A DNA stretch of 64,000 bases from Terrimicrobiaceae bacterium (GTDB taxonomy: Bacteria; Verrucomicrobiota; Verrucomicrobiia; Chthoniobacterales; Terrimicrobiaceae): the NCBI GenBank assembly GCA_044369905.1, contig JBILWM010000003.1, positions 85 through 64,084 of the forward strand. Direction: 5' to 3'. Shown piece after piece: positions 8,951 through 18,277 of the stretch. Positions within the stretch are counted from its first letter, which is position 1. Every line of letters starts with the position of its first letter. A program made the translations under genes and the position numbers. The notes under the pieces were generated by a model. That model was not told the DNA's origin and made no database searches. It saw only the letters and a program-made list of their open reading frames with translations.

Positions 8951-10425
8951 TGACTCTCAAAAACTATGTGAACGGCGTATTTGTTCCCGCGTGGAATGCC
9001 AATGTGCGGCCGTTTCACAACCCCGCCGATAATTCGAAACTCGGCGAGGTCGCGGAGTCGTCGGTGGAGGATGTGGACAAGGTGGTCCGCGCCGCCCGCG
9101 AGGCCTTCGACAACGGTCCATGGCCGCGCACTCCAGCTCAGGAACGGGCAAGCCGCCTTTTCAAACTCGCCGATCTCATCGAGTCGCGCGCTTCCGAGTT
9201 TGCGGAAATGGAGACGCGCAACTGCGGCAAGCCCCTCCGCGAATCCCGCTTTGATGTGGCAGACGCTGCCGCCTGCTTCCGCTATTACGCCGGGCTTGCC
9301 ACCAAACCTCAGGGGCAGACATTTGAAGTCGGAGACCCGAATATCGTTTGCCAGACCGTTCGTGAGCCGATCGGAGTCTGTGCTCAGATCATCCCATGGA
9401 ACTACCCGCTTCTCATGGCCGCGTGGAAACTCGCTCCCGGCTTGGCAGCGGGGAATTGCTGCATCCTCAAGCCCTCCGAGCTTACGCCGCTCTCGGCTTC
9501 GCTCCTTTTCGAGCTGATCGACGAGGTGGGATTTCCTCCCGGCGCCGTGCAGTTGCTTTATGGGCCGGGCGATCCCGTCGGCGCGCGCTTCGCTGAAAGT
9601 CCCCTGGTCGATAAAATCGCCTTCACTGGAGGCGGCGCGACGGGCCGCAAAATCCTTGCCGCCGCCGCCTCGAATTTCAAAAAGGTCTCGCTCGAGCTCG
9701 GTGGCAAGAGCCCGAATATTGTTTTTGCCGACTGCGACCCTGACCATGCCCTTGAGTATGCGCTTTTCGCCATTTTTGCCGGTCAGGGCGAGGTTTGCAG
9801 CGCAGGATCCCGACTTCTTCTCGAGCGGAGTCTCGCGGAGTCGTTCCTGCCAAGACTGGCCTCCGCGGCCGAAAAAATCGTCGTCGGCTCCGGCATGGAT
9901 GAAGCCACCGAAATGGGCCCGCTTATCTCCCGTGCCCACCAGAAGAAAGTCCTCGATCACATTCAGAGCGCCTGCTGCGAAGGGGCTCAGCTCCTCATGG
10001 GAGGCTCTGCTTACAACGACCAACGCAGCGCGGGAAATTTCGTGCAGCCCACGATTTTCACCGATGTGAAACCTTCCATGCGCATCGTGCGGGACGAGGT
10101 CTTCGGTCCGGTGCTCACTGTTCAGGTTTTTGACACTGAGGAAGAGGCCATCCGTATCGCAAACGACACCATCTACGGCCTCGCAGCCGGCGTCTTCACA
10201 AAGGATGGTGCAAAAGCCCAGCGCGTCGTTCGCAGCCTGCGTGCCGGCATCACTTGGATCAATACCTACCACCCCACCTTCAACGAGGCACCATGGGGCG
10301 GCTACAAACAGAGTGGCATGGGACGCGAACTCGGCACCTACGGCTACGAAGCCTACACCGAGGTGAAGCAGATCAACCATTGCATCAATCCGCAGCCGCT
10401 CGGCTGGTTCCGCTCGGCACCCTGA
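8950..10425 (+). CDS. NAD(P)-dependent aldehyde dehydrogenase (betaine-aldehyde-dehydrogenase-like)
   Basis: Motifs IPWNYPL, FTGGGATGRK, ELGGKSP and catalytic Cys in GQGEVCSAGSR. Start trimmed to ATG 8950 (MTLKNYVNG). Confidence 0.9.
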   Translation: MTLKNYVNGVFVPAWNANVRPFHNPADNSKLGEVAESSVEDVDKVVRAAREAFDNGPWPRTPAQERASRLFKLADLIESRASEFAEMETRNCGKPLRESRFDVADAAACFRYYAGLATKPQGQTFEVGDPNIVCQTVREPIGVCAQIIPWNYPLLMAAWKLAPGLAAGNCCILKPSELTPLSASLLFELIDEVGFPPGAVQLLYGPGDPVGARFAESPLVDKIAFTGGGATGRKILAAAASNFKKVSLELGGKSPNIVFADCDPDHALEYALFAIFAGQGEVCSAGSRLLLERSLAESFLPRLASAAEKIVVGSGMDEATEMGPLISRAHQKKVLDHIQSACCEGAQLLMGGSAYNDQRSAGNFVQPTIFTDVKPSMRIVRDEVFGPVLTVQVFDTEEEAIRIANDTIYGLAAGVFTKDGAKAQRVVRSLRAGITWINTYHPTFNEAPWGGYKQSGMGRELGTYGYEAYTEVKQINHCINPQPLGWFRSAP

Positions 10426-10430
10426 TTTCC

Positions 10431-11231
10431 GTGCCTGCTTTCCTCGCCGCTTTTTTTCTCGCGCTCCCGATCGCCTGTGCTTGGCAGTCCACGCTCTCTC
10501 CAATCGTCGCGGGCCCATTTCCCGAGATTCGTCCATTCCTCGCGGAATACCGCCTTGGCTGGGCGGAAATCGAAGCCGCGAAAGCCCGCGCCGCCATTTC
10601 CTATCAGGGGAAAAATGCGATCCTCACGAGCTCGGGTGCCACCACGGGACTCGCCCGCACACTCTATCAACTCGACGCTTCGTTGGACGCCACAGTCGAC
10701 CGCACCAGCCTCCAGACCATTCGCTCGGAACAAAACGAAAAATACGCCACCCGCACCCTGTCCACTCGCATCGAGGGCAACAAGGGCTCCCTGACAACCC
10801 TCCGCGAGTGGATCGCGCCCGACTCCAAGCCTGCCAAGTGGAAGCCTGTCAAAATTGCCCCCATCCGCGATCTCTTCGCTGCATCCCTCTTGATTCGCAG
10901 TCAATCCCTCGCCAAAGGCGAAAAAGTCCGCACTCTCGTCTTCCCAGGAGGCTCACCCTTTCTGGTCGATATCGAATCCCTCGGGCCAGAGAAAATCACC
11001 ATCGCCAACACCCCGCGCGACGCCCTGCGCCTCAACATCAAAATCCAAAGCGTGAACACCAAAAAAGGCAACGCCCTCGAACCCCACCGCAAATTCCGCT
11101 CCGGCACGCTCTGGCTCAGCAACGATCCCGACCGCATTCTTCTCCGCGCGGAGGTGCAGGTCTTCGTTGGCTATGTGTTCGCCGAGTTATCCTCGTTTCA
11201 GCCAGTCGATAGCCCCCCTTTTTTTCCTTAA
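10431..11231 (+). CDS. secreted DUF3108-like protein
   Basis: GTG 10431 gives a signal-like VPAFLAAFFLALPIACA. The C-terminal GTLWLSNDPDRILLRAEVQVFVGYVFAEL matches the remembered DUF3108 signature. Confidence 0.55.
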   Translation: MPAFLAAFFLALPIACAWQSTLSPIVAGPFPEIRPFLAEYRLGWAEIEAAKARAAISYQGKNAILTSSGATTGLARTLYQLDASLDATVDRTSLQTIRSEQNEKYATRTLSTRIEGNKGSLTTLREWIAPDSKPAKWKPVKIAPIRDLFAASLLIRSQSLAKGEKVRTLVFPGGSPFLVDIESLGPEKITIANTPRDALRLNIKIQSVNTKKGNALEPHRKFRSGTLWLSNDPDRILLRAEVQVFVGYVFAELSSFQPVDSPPFFP

Positions 11232-11351
11232 GACTCCAACACCTCGATGCAAATCCACCGAGGCCAATATCAAACAATTGGATGAAGTTGGTCCACTTCC
11301 CGACACTCTGGACGGCTTGTCAGTGGCAATGAAATCGAGTATTTTCTGGTT

Positions 11352-11573
11352 ATGAGCATGTCTGAAATCCTTGAAGAACTGCCTCGGCTTGGACGCCTGG
11401 AGCGTGCAAGGGTCTGGCAGCGGTTGGAGGAAATCGAGATGGAAAGCGTCGAGGAAACTCCTGAAATGCTCGAAGCGATTGACGCTGGTCGGTGCTCTAT
11501 TCGCACGGGAGAAGAAAACTCCATCGAGCACGCCCGCAATCTCATCGCCCAATGGATTACAAAGTCGTCCTGA
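11352..11573 (+). CDS. type II antitoxin (addiction-module-component / ParD-like)
   Basis: 73-aa acidic protein (SEILEELPRLGRLERARVWQRLEEIE). It overlaps the downstream toxin ORF by 22 nt. Confidence 0.7.
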   Translation: MSMSEILEELPRLGRLERARVWQRLEEIEMESVEETPEMLEAIDAGRCSIRTGEENSIEHARNLIAQWITKSS

Positions 11574-11860
11574 GCGATCTCTTTCTATCCGACCTCCAGG
11601 AAATCATTGATTATTTGGTTCAAGAATCTGGATCTGAAACCGCATCCCGAATTGGCAATGAGCTGCTCGACTGCGCATTGGAAGCGGGGCGAAGACCGTT
11701 CATTGGCCAGCCCGTCAAACAGCGTCCCGGCGTTCGCAAAAGGCTTCGATATCGTTACCTGATTTACTATGATGTTGATAAATCTCGTAAGACGGTAGAA
11801 GTCTTGAGGGTCTGGCACGGAGCGCGCGATTCCAGAACTCTGCGTCTGGGTGTCTCCTAA
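11552..11860 (+). CDS. type II toxin, RelE/ParE family
   Basis: MDYKVVLSDLFLSDLQEIIDYL...YRYLIYYDVDKSRKTVEVLRVWHGARD is a typical ParE fold signature. It is about 100 aa. Confidence 0.8.
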   Translation: MDYKVVLSDLFLSDLQEIIDYLVQESGSETASRIGNELLDCALEAGRRPFIGQPVKQRPGVRKRLRYRYLIYYDVDKSRKTVEVLRVWHGARDSRTLRLGVS

Positions 11861-12051
11861 ACAACCAGCCACATTGATCTTTACAAAAGATTAGAAAACT
11901 GGGGGCAGGCAACATTTCCTTTCATTTTGGCATCGGCCATTTGCAATAAACCACGAGCAGTCGGACATAACCGCTACCACAAAAAACAAATTTCCGGGCG
12001 TGGCGGCCAGCACTCGGCAGCCGCGAAAGTTACATAGCCTGTGCAACGGTA

Positions 12052-12672
12052 TCAGGACTCAGGGGAGTCGGAGTTGCCCGGCTTGCCACGCTTTTTGCGA
12101 GGTTTTCTTTTGGATGCTTTGGGAGCTGGCGGAGCAGGTGTTTCCGCCGAAGCCGTTTCGCTTTCCGTTTCTTGGGTGTTCAAATCCAGCTCCGCAAGGA
12201 ACACGGCATCTTCCGGCGTGTCGCCGCCGAAGAGGACGCGCATATAGGCTGGAAAATAGCGGTCCGCCGTAGAAAGAGCCGAGCCGATGATGCGGCGAAT
12301 GACCTCATCCTCCAAACGCCCTTCGCCGATGATGTGGCTGATGTGGTAGCGCGACTCCCCATCGCGCAAGTCGAGTTCGAATGATCCGAGGACCAGGCCA
12401 TAGTTCACACGGGTGAAAAATTCCGTCACATGCGGCCTCATTTTTTCGTCCTTCGCCAGCACGGGGTAATTCATGTGGACTTGAAAAATCTCGTCATCGT
12501 TCGAGATCCTCAAATGGCAGGTGTAGAGCGCATGCCTGCGGCAGATGTTCAGCCGAATGCGCTTTTCCTCGCGAAAAATCGCAAAGCTGAGTTCGTTGGC
12601 CTCACAATGGTCGACCAAGGCCTGAAAAGGAGTGCCGAAGCCGGATGAATCAAGTGTTTCGTTGTTGGACAT
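12052..12672 (-). CDS. YbjN-like (T3SS-chaperone-fold) protein with charged C-terminal tail
   Basis: ORF 12052..13140 reads through the tRNA gene, so it was trimmed to ATG 12672 (MSNNETLDSSGF...). The tail is TQETESETASAETPAPPAPKASKRKPRKKRGKPG. Confidence 0.6.
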   Translation of the reverse strand: MSNNETLDSSGFGTPFQALVDHCEANELSFAIFREEKRIRLNICRRHALYTCHLRISNDDEIFQVHMNYPVLAKDEKMRPHVTEFFTRVNYGLVLGSFELDLRDGESRYHISHIIGEGRLEDEVIRRIIGSALSTADRYFPAYMRVLFGGDTPEDAVFLAELDLNTQETESETASAETPAPPAPKASKRKPRKKRGKPGNSDSPES

Positions 12673-12779
12673 GGAAATTCGTGTTCTCGGGTTTGCAGTC
12701 AGTCGCTGCCTTTTCATTATACTTCTCCATTGTCGCACGAGGTGCAACAGGTCTTCGCAAATGGAAGGAAAAAGGGGGG

Positions 12780-12851
12780 AGCCGACAGTCGGATTCGAAC
12801 CGACGACCAGCGGTTTACAAAACCGCTGCTCTACCACTGAGCTATGTCGGC
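12780..12851 (-). tRNA. tRNA-Thr (anticodon UGU), CCA not encoded
   Basis: Minus-strand sequence GCCGACATAGCTCAGTGGTAGAGCAGCGGTTTTGTAAACCGCTGGTCGTCGGTTCGAATCCGACTGTCGGCT folds as a 72-nt cloverleaf. It has a 7-bp acceptor stem, anticodon loop TTTGTAA and T-loop TTCGAAT. The discriminator is followed by CCC, not CCA. Confidence 0.9.
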
Positions 12852-12971
12852 GTGGAAGAACGGCGAAGTTTCCACACTTTCGATCTGGATGCAAGAGCCG
12901 TTTGAAAGCGAGCGCGTGGCGTGTTCTGTCTTTACAGGCCAATGCAGGGACGCTGATATTCCCCGCTCTCA

Positions 12972-14270
12972 ATGACTCAAAAAATCGGCATAGGGCTGGC
13001 GGGGTTTGGAACGGTTGGAGCGGGGGTTTACAAAAACCTTCTCCGCAATGCCGCGCTTTTGGAACAGCGGATCGGTGTTCAATTCGAGGTGCGCAAGATC
13101 GCTGTGCGCGATCTCTCGAAGGCGCGCGATGTGCAGGCACCGGCGGAGCTTTTCACAGACTCGCCCGATGAGTTGCTGGCCGATCCTGCGATTCATGTCG
13201 TGGTGGAGCTCATGGGCGGTATCGACATCCCTCTCGCCTTCGTCAAAAAAGCCATCGCCGCTGGCAAGATCGTCATCACCGGAAACAAGGCCCTGCTTGC
13301 CGAGCACGGGCATGAGATTTTCCAACTCGCCGCAGAAAAGCGCGTGCCGGTCTTCTACGAGGCGGCCGTGGCGGGTGGAATTCCTATCATCAAATCCGTT
13401 CGCGAGGCCTTTGTGGGAAATCGCTTCGAGGCGATTCATGGAATCTTGAATGGCACGAGCAACTACATCCTGAGCCGCATGACGGATGAGGGGCTGGATT
13501 TCGCTCCGGTCCTCGCCGAGGCCCAGAAACTGGGCTATGCGGAGGCGGATCCCGCGCTGGATGTGAATGGCTGGGACGCCGCGCACAAGGCGATCATCCT
13601 TGCTTCGCTGGCTTATGGATTCTGGATCGATCCGAAGGATGTTCTCGTCGAGGGAATCGAAAAAGTCACCGCCGCTGACATTCAATTTGCCAACGAACTC
13701 GGCTACCGCATCAAGTTGCTCGCATCCATCAAGGCCGATGAAAACGGCTTCATCGAGGTGCGCGTTGTTCCCACGCTCATCCCGAAAACCCATGTTCTGG
13801 CCTCGGTGAATGGCGTCTTCAACGCCGTCGCCGTGAAGGGCGATGTGGTCGGGGATGCTCTTTTCTACGGACGCGGTGCGGGGCAGGATCCGACATCCAG
13901 CTCGGTCCTTGGCGACCTCGCGGAGGCGGCGGCTTTCATGCAGTCCCCTCGTCGTTGTCTCGGCTTCACCTCTCATGATCTCTACGGGCGCTGCAAGCCG
14001 GTGGAGGATACGATTTCCAAATACTACCTGCGTCTCGGCGTGGAGGACCGCCCTGGTGTGCTGGCGCAGATCGCCGGCACCTTGGCCAAGGCCGACATCG
14101 GCATCCTCTCGGTGATCCAGCCGGAGGGCCTGGTGGACGGCTCTGTGCCTCTCATTCTCACGCTTCATGACGCCCCTTACGGATCGATGAAAAAAACTGC
14201 TAATGAGTTGGCATCCCTTCCTTGTGTGAAAGGAACGCCACTCCTGCTTCACATGGAGGCCTTCTCGTGA
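12972..14270 (+). CDS. hom: homoserine dehydrogenase
   Basis: N-terminal [15 protein letters not shown] Rossmann motif, catalytic-domain [11 protein letters not shown], and a C-terminal ACT-like region. Confidence 0.92.
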   Translation: MTQKIGIGLAGFGTVGAGVYKNLLRNAALLEQRIGVQFEVRKIAVRDLSKARDVQAPAELFTDSPDELLADPAIHVVVELMGGIDIPLAFVKKAIAAGKIVITGNKALLAEHGHEIFQLAAEKRVPVFYEAAVAGGIPIIKSVREAFVGNRFEAIHGILNGTSNYILSRMTDEGLDFAPVLAEAQKLGYAEADPALDVNGWDAAHKAIILASLAYGFWIDPKDVLVEGIEKVTAADIQFANELGYRIKLLASIKADENGFIEVRVVPTLIPKTHVLASVNGVFNAVAVKGDVVGDALFYGRGAGQDPTSSSVLGDLAEAAAFMQSPRRCLGFTSHDLYGRCKPVEDTISKYYLRLGVEDRPGVLAQIAGTLAKADIGILSVIQPEGLVDGSVPLILTLHDAPYGSMKKTANELASLPCVKGTPLLLHMEAFS

Positions 14271-15361
14271 ACGAGCCGCTGAACGACAAAGGTGTGATCC
14301 ACCGCTATCGGCAGTTCCTGCCTGTGAGCGATTCCACGCCGGTGATTTCGCTCAGCGAGGGCTCGACGCCGCTCATCCACTCGCCGCGCCTCAGCGAAAA
14401 AGCCGGTGCCGAGGTTTATCTGAAATTCGAGGGACTCAATCCCACAGGGTCTTTTAAGGATCGCGGCATGACGGTCGCCATTTCGAAAGCGGTGGAGGAT
14501 GGCGCCAAGACGGTCATCTGCGCCTCCACGGGAAACACCAGCGCTGCTGCGGCAGCCTACGCCGCCCGTGCGGGAATCCAGTGCGCTGTGATTTTGCCTG
14601 CCGGTAAAATCGCCATCGGCAAGCTGGCGCAGGCTTTCGTTTACGGGGCCAAAGTCGTGGCGATCCGTGGAAATTTCGACGACGCCCTGCGCATCGTGCG
14701 GGAGTTCGGCGGCATCGACGGCGTGGCGATTGTAAATTCCATCAATCCCCACCGCATCGAGGGGCAGAAGACCGCGTCTTTCGAAGTCATTGAAGATCTT
14801 GGCGACGCCCCCGACATTCACATCCTACCTGTTGGAAACGCCGGCAACATCACCGCCTACTGGAAAGGCTACCGCGAATTCCACGCTGCCGGACGCGCAA
14901 CCCGCTTGCCAAAAATGGTCGGCTTCCAAGCCGCCGGCTCAGCCCCGATTTTCTTCAATCAACCCATCGAAAAACCAGACACCGTTGCCACAGCGATCCG
15001 CATCGGCAACCCGGCAAGTTGGCAGGGCGCGAACAATGCCGTGAGCGAATCCGGTGGTTGCATCGATATCGTAACGGACGAGGAAATCCTCGCCGCGCAA
15101 GCTTGGTTGGCTGCGAATGAAGGCATCTTTGTTGAACCTGCCAGTGCTGCCAGCGTGGCTGGATTGTTGAAATGCCATTCCAATGCGCGCTGCAGCGCTT
15201 GTCCTTTTTTGTCCGCTTTCCTGCCCGGCACCAAGGTCGTGCTGACCGTGACCGGTCACGGGCTGAAGGATACCGAAACCCCCGTCAAGTTCGGCGGATT
15301 CACCCCAGCCGAGGCGGATGCCAACCTCGCTGCCGTGCGTGCGGTTCTTGATCAAAGCTGA
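14267..15361 (+). CDS. thrC: threonine synthase
   Basis: PLP-lysine motif [10 protein letters not shown] and GNAGN. GTG 14267 overlaps the hom stop as GTGA. Confidence 0.9.
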   Translation: MNEPLNDKGVIHRYRQFLPVSDSTPVISLSEGSTPLIHSPRLSEKAGAEVYLKFEGLNPTGSFKDRGMTVAISKAVEDGAKTVICASTGNTSAAAAAYAARAGIQCAVILPAGKIAIGKLAQAFVYGAKVVAIRGNFDDALRIVREFGGIDGVAIVNSINPHRIEGQKTASFEVIEDLGDAPDIHILPVGNAGNITAYWKGYREFHAAGRATRLPKMVGFQAAGSAPIFFNQPIEKPDTVATAIRIGNPASWQGANNAVSESGGCIDIVTDEEILAAQAWLAANEGIFVEPASAASVAGLLKCHSNARCSACPFLSAFLPGTKVVLTVTGHGLKDTETPVKFGGFTPAEADANLAAVRAVLDQS

Positions 15362-15370
15362 TTTTTTACC

Positions 15371-16585
15371 ATGGCTCTCATCGTTCAAAAATACGGCGGC
15401 ACTTCGGTTGGAAATCCCGAGCGGATTCAAAATGTCGCAAGGCGCGTTCTGGCGACCCAGCAGGCCGGCAACTCGGTCGTTGTTGTGGTTTCAGCCATGT
15501 CCGGAGTCACCGACGGCCTCATCAAACTCGCCAAGGAAGTCTCACCCGCACCCGCCGAACGGGAAATGGATGTTCTCCTCGCCACCGGCGAGCAGACGAC
15601 AATCGCCCTCACCGCGATGGCAATCAATGCGCTGGGTGGCAAGGCGGTCTCACTCACCGGCGCGCAGGCGGGAATCATCACAAGCGGTGTTCACACAAAG
15701 GCAAAAATCGCCAACATCGCCCCACGGCAGGTCCGCAAATTTCTCGACGAGGGCAATGTCTGCATCGTCGCCGGATTCCAAGGCCAGACGCTCGAGGGGC
15801 AGATCACCACACTTGGACGCGGCGGTTCCGACCTCACAGCCATCGCCATCGCGGCGGCTCTCAAGGCCGACATGTGCGAGATCTACACGGATGTAGACGG
15901 CGTTTATACCTGCGACCCGCGTGTGGTGCCGGATGCCAAGAAGATCGAGGAGATCGCTTACGACGAGCTTCTCGAAATGGCCAGTAGCGGATCCAAGGTC
16001 ATGCAGTCCCGCTCGGTCGAATTCGCCAAAAAATTCAAAGTGCCTTTCGAGGTGCGCAGCAGTTTCAACAACAACAGGGGAACCATCGTGAAAGAAGAAT
16101 CCATCGGACTCGAAAATGTCGTCGTGCGCGGCATCAGCCTCGAACGCAAACAAGCCAAGGTCACCATCACACAAGTGCCCGACAAACCCGGCACCGCCTC
16201 CCGCATTTTTACCGCCCTCTCCGAGGCGAATGTGATCATCGATGTCATCGTCCAAAATGTCTCCGTAAGCGGATCGACCGACATTTCCTTCACGATGGGC
16301 GCCGATGAACTCGAAAAGCTCGGCGCCGTCATCGACCGCGTGGCCAAAGAGGTCGGGGCCGGCGAGGTGATCAAAAAAAGCGGCATCGCCAAGCTCAGCG
16401 TCGTCGGAATCGGCATGCGCTCCCACTCGGGAGTCGCCGCCACCCTCTTTGAATGCCTCGGCAACGGTGGAGTGAACATTCAAATGATCTCCACCTCCGA
16501 GATCAAAATCGCTGTCATCATCGACGAGGCCCAGATCGAGCACGCCGCCAAACTCGCCCACGCCGCGTTCGGACTGGCTAAGTAG
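15371..16585 (+). CDS. lysC: aspartate kinase
   Basis: MALIVQKYGGTSVG, VVVVSAMSGVTD, and two C-terminal ACT domains. Confidence 0.92.
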   Translation: MALIVQKYGGTSVGNPERIQNVARRVLATQQAGNSVVVVVSAMSGVTDGLIKLAKEVSPAPAEREMDVLLATGEQTTIALTAMAINALGGKAVSLTGAQAGIITSGVHTKAKIANIAPRQVRKFLDEGNVCIVAGFQGQTLEGQITTLGRGGSDLTAIAIAAALKADMCEIYTDVDGVYTCDPRVVPDAKKIEEIAYDELLEMASSGSKVMQSRSVEFAKKFKVPFEVRSSFNNNRGTIVKEESIGLENVVVRGISLERKQAKVTITQVPDKPGTASRIFTALSEANVIIDVIVQNVSVSGSTDISFTMGADELEKLGAVIDRVAKEVGAGEVIKKSGIAKLSVVGIGMRSHSGVAATLFECLGNGGVNIQMISTSEIKIAVIIDEAQIEHAAKLAHAAFGLAK

Positions 16586-16608
16586 TCTGGGCCTTTCGCA
16601 TCCCCCCC

Positions 16609-17139
16609 ATGGATATCTTTGAAAGTGTCGGGAACCTCAGCGAGCAGTTGGGACTCCCCGTTCTTTTGATAGGTGGCCATGCGGTGAATTTTTACGGATA
16701 CAATAGGACAACCCTCGATGTGGATTTCCTGATCGCGGTGGACAGATTCCCCGCTTGGCGCTCCGGCTTCGAGTCCATTGGCTACAAGTGGATCGGGCAG
16801 ACAGAGAATTTTGTCAGGTTGGAGCCCCCTGACTCCAGTCTGTTTCCGATGGATGTCATGCTGGTCGCGCCGGAGACATTTCAAAAACTCTACGCCGAGC
16901 GGGTGGAGTGCCCCTTTGGAAATGCACGGCTGCACTTGCCCAAGCCACTTCACCTGATCGCCCTGAAGCTGCACGCCATGAAGAACCCCGAGCGCCTGAG
17001 GCAAGGCAAGGACTTGCTCGACATTTTGAATCTCGTTTCTCTTTGCAAGATCGATACCGGAGGACAAGAGTTTCAAGGTGCCCTCGACCGCTATGCCAAC
17101 GAAGAAATCAGAAACCTCGTCCTCCGCTCCATCCCCTGA
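16609..17139 (+). CDS. nucleotidyltransferase-fold protein (small MNT/DUF2204-like)
   Basis: The hG[GS]..-DxD-like segment LLIGGHAVNFYGYNRTTLDVDFLI is typical of minimal pol-beta-superfamily NTases. Confidence 0.5.
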   Translation: MDIFESVGNLSEQLGLPVLLIGGHAVNFYGYNRTTLDVDFLIAVDRFPAWRSGFESIGYKWIGQTENFVRLEPPDSSLFPMDVMLVAPETFQKLYAERVECPFGNARLHLPKPLHLIALKLHAMKNPERLRQGKDLLDILNLVSLCKIDTGGQEFQGALDRYANEEIRNLVLRSIP

Positions 17140-17326
17140 GCGATCTGGCGCGGAATTTTTTGATCTTCCAGAGATCACCGCAGCCGATGAGGAGTTTTTG
17201 AAAAGCCATCCCTCGCCGACTTTTGAGCAACAGATCGCCCATGCGCGCTGGTTGCTCGCGTGGCGCAGGAGCCGAGGAATTCCCGACGACCATCCTCCAC
17301 GCCAGTTGGAGCGTTTCGAGATGTAG
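17078..17326 (+). CDS. possible small partner ORF overlapping the NTase 3' end
   Basis: 82-aa ORF in the +1 frame, overlapping the NTase gene by 62 nt. No recognisable domain and no canonical start after the upstream stop. Confidence 0.25.
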   Translation: MPSTAMPTKKSETSSSAPSPERSGAEFFDLPEITAADEEFLKSHPSPTFEQQIAHARWLLAWRRSRGIPDDHPPRQLERFEM

Positions 17327-17391
17327 ACCGGAACTTTCACCAGATTCTCGTCGCCAACTCTCCGGCTATCTGTTTGAAGCATCCCGAAATT

Positions 17392-18273
17392 ATGAGCGTT
17401 CCGCAGAACACGATTGCGATTGTTTACGACTACGACCAAACCCTCTCGCCGATCTACATGCAGGAGGAGGCGATCTTCCCGGTCTTTGGAATCGACCCTT
17501 CCCATTTCTGGAAGCGGTGCGCCGAGTTGGTGCAAAATCAGGGTTACGACCATGAGTTGGCCTACATGAAGGTGCTTCTCGATTGCCTCGAGATTGATCG
17601 CCCCACCAATGCCCGCCTTCGCGAGCTCGGTGCGCGGCTCACCTTTTATCCGGGATTGCCCGAAATGTTCGAGGATCTCAAAAATACGCTCATCACTCCC
17701 GAGCACGCCGCCCATGGAATTCGCGTTGAGCATTACATCGTGTCCTCCGGCATGAAGGAACTCATTGAGGGTAGTCGCCTCGCGCCTTATGTGCGCAAGA
17801 TTTTCGGCTGCGAATTCGCCACCGACGAGCACGACCGGATCACATTTCCCAAGCGCGCCATCAGCCACACCCAGAAGACCCAGTTTCTCTTCCGCATCAA
17901 CAAAGGCATGCTGGAACTCGATCAGGATGTGAACGACCACATGGACCCGGCCCTGCGCCCGGTGCCTTTCCAAAACATGATCTACATCGGCGATGGACCG
18001 ACCGATGTGCCGTGCTTCACCGTCATGCGTCGCAATGGCGGCCAGGCGATTGCCGTTTACAACCCCGAGGATCCCACGCGCACGAGCTTTAAAAAGTGCT
18101 ACCAACTGAGCACCCACGCGGACCGGGTCAAAAATATCGCTCCCTCGGATTTCCGCGCGGGCAGCCATCTGCGGCTCCTCCTCGAGGAAATGGTTCTCGA
18201 GATCGGCAACCGCATCATCCAGCGCCGCCGCGATGATCTCGAGGCGGGCACGGTGAAAGCGCCGAGGCACTGA
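17392..18273 (+). CDS. HAD-like hydrolase
   Basis: Motif I is IAIVYDYDQTLSP, and the late motif is YIGDGPTDVPCF. Start trimmed to ATG 17392. Confidence 0.7.
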   Translation: MSVPQNTIAIVYDYDQTLSPIYMQEEAIFPVFGIDPSHFWKRCAELVQNQGYDHELAYMKVLLDCLEIDRPTNARLRELGARLTFYPGLPEMFEDLKNTLITPEHAAHGIRVEHYIVSSGMKELIEGSRLAPYVRKIFGCEFATDEHDRITFPKRAISHTQKTQFLFRINKGMLELDQDVNDHMDPALRPVPFQNMIYIGDGPTDVPCFTVMRRNGGQAIAVYNPEDPTRTSFKKCYQLSTHADRVKNIAPSDFRAGSHLRLLLEEMVLEIGNRIIQRRRDDLEAGTVKAPRH

Positions 18274-18277
18274 GGTT

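Noticed and set aside
8803-10536. 577-aa minus-strand ORF
   Set aside because: It lies exactly antisense to the well-supported aldehyde dehydrogenase. The composition is Arg/Gly/Ala-rich with no motifs, which is a typical high-GC shadow ORF.
12700-12971. tRNA-Thr as an integration site for a mobile element
   Set aside because: There is no integrase, no partial tRNA duplicate and no compositional shift next to the tRNA. The neighbours are core genes.
12673-13140. N-terminal extension of ORF 12052..13140
   Set aside because: The extension reads straight through the tRNA-Thr gene, so the CDS was trimmed to ATG 12672.
12969-14252. 427-aa minus-strand ORF
   Set aside because: Antisense shadow of homoserine dehydrogenase.
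16480-18270. 596-aa minus-strand ORF
   Set aside because: It spans the antisense of three separate plus-strand genes (the aspartate kinase 3' end, the NTase and the HAD hydrolase). No motifs were recognised.
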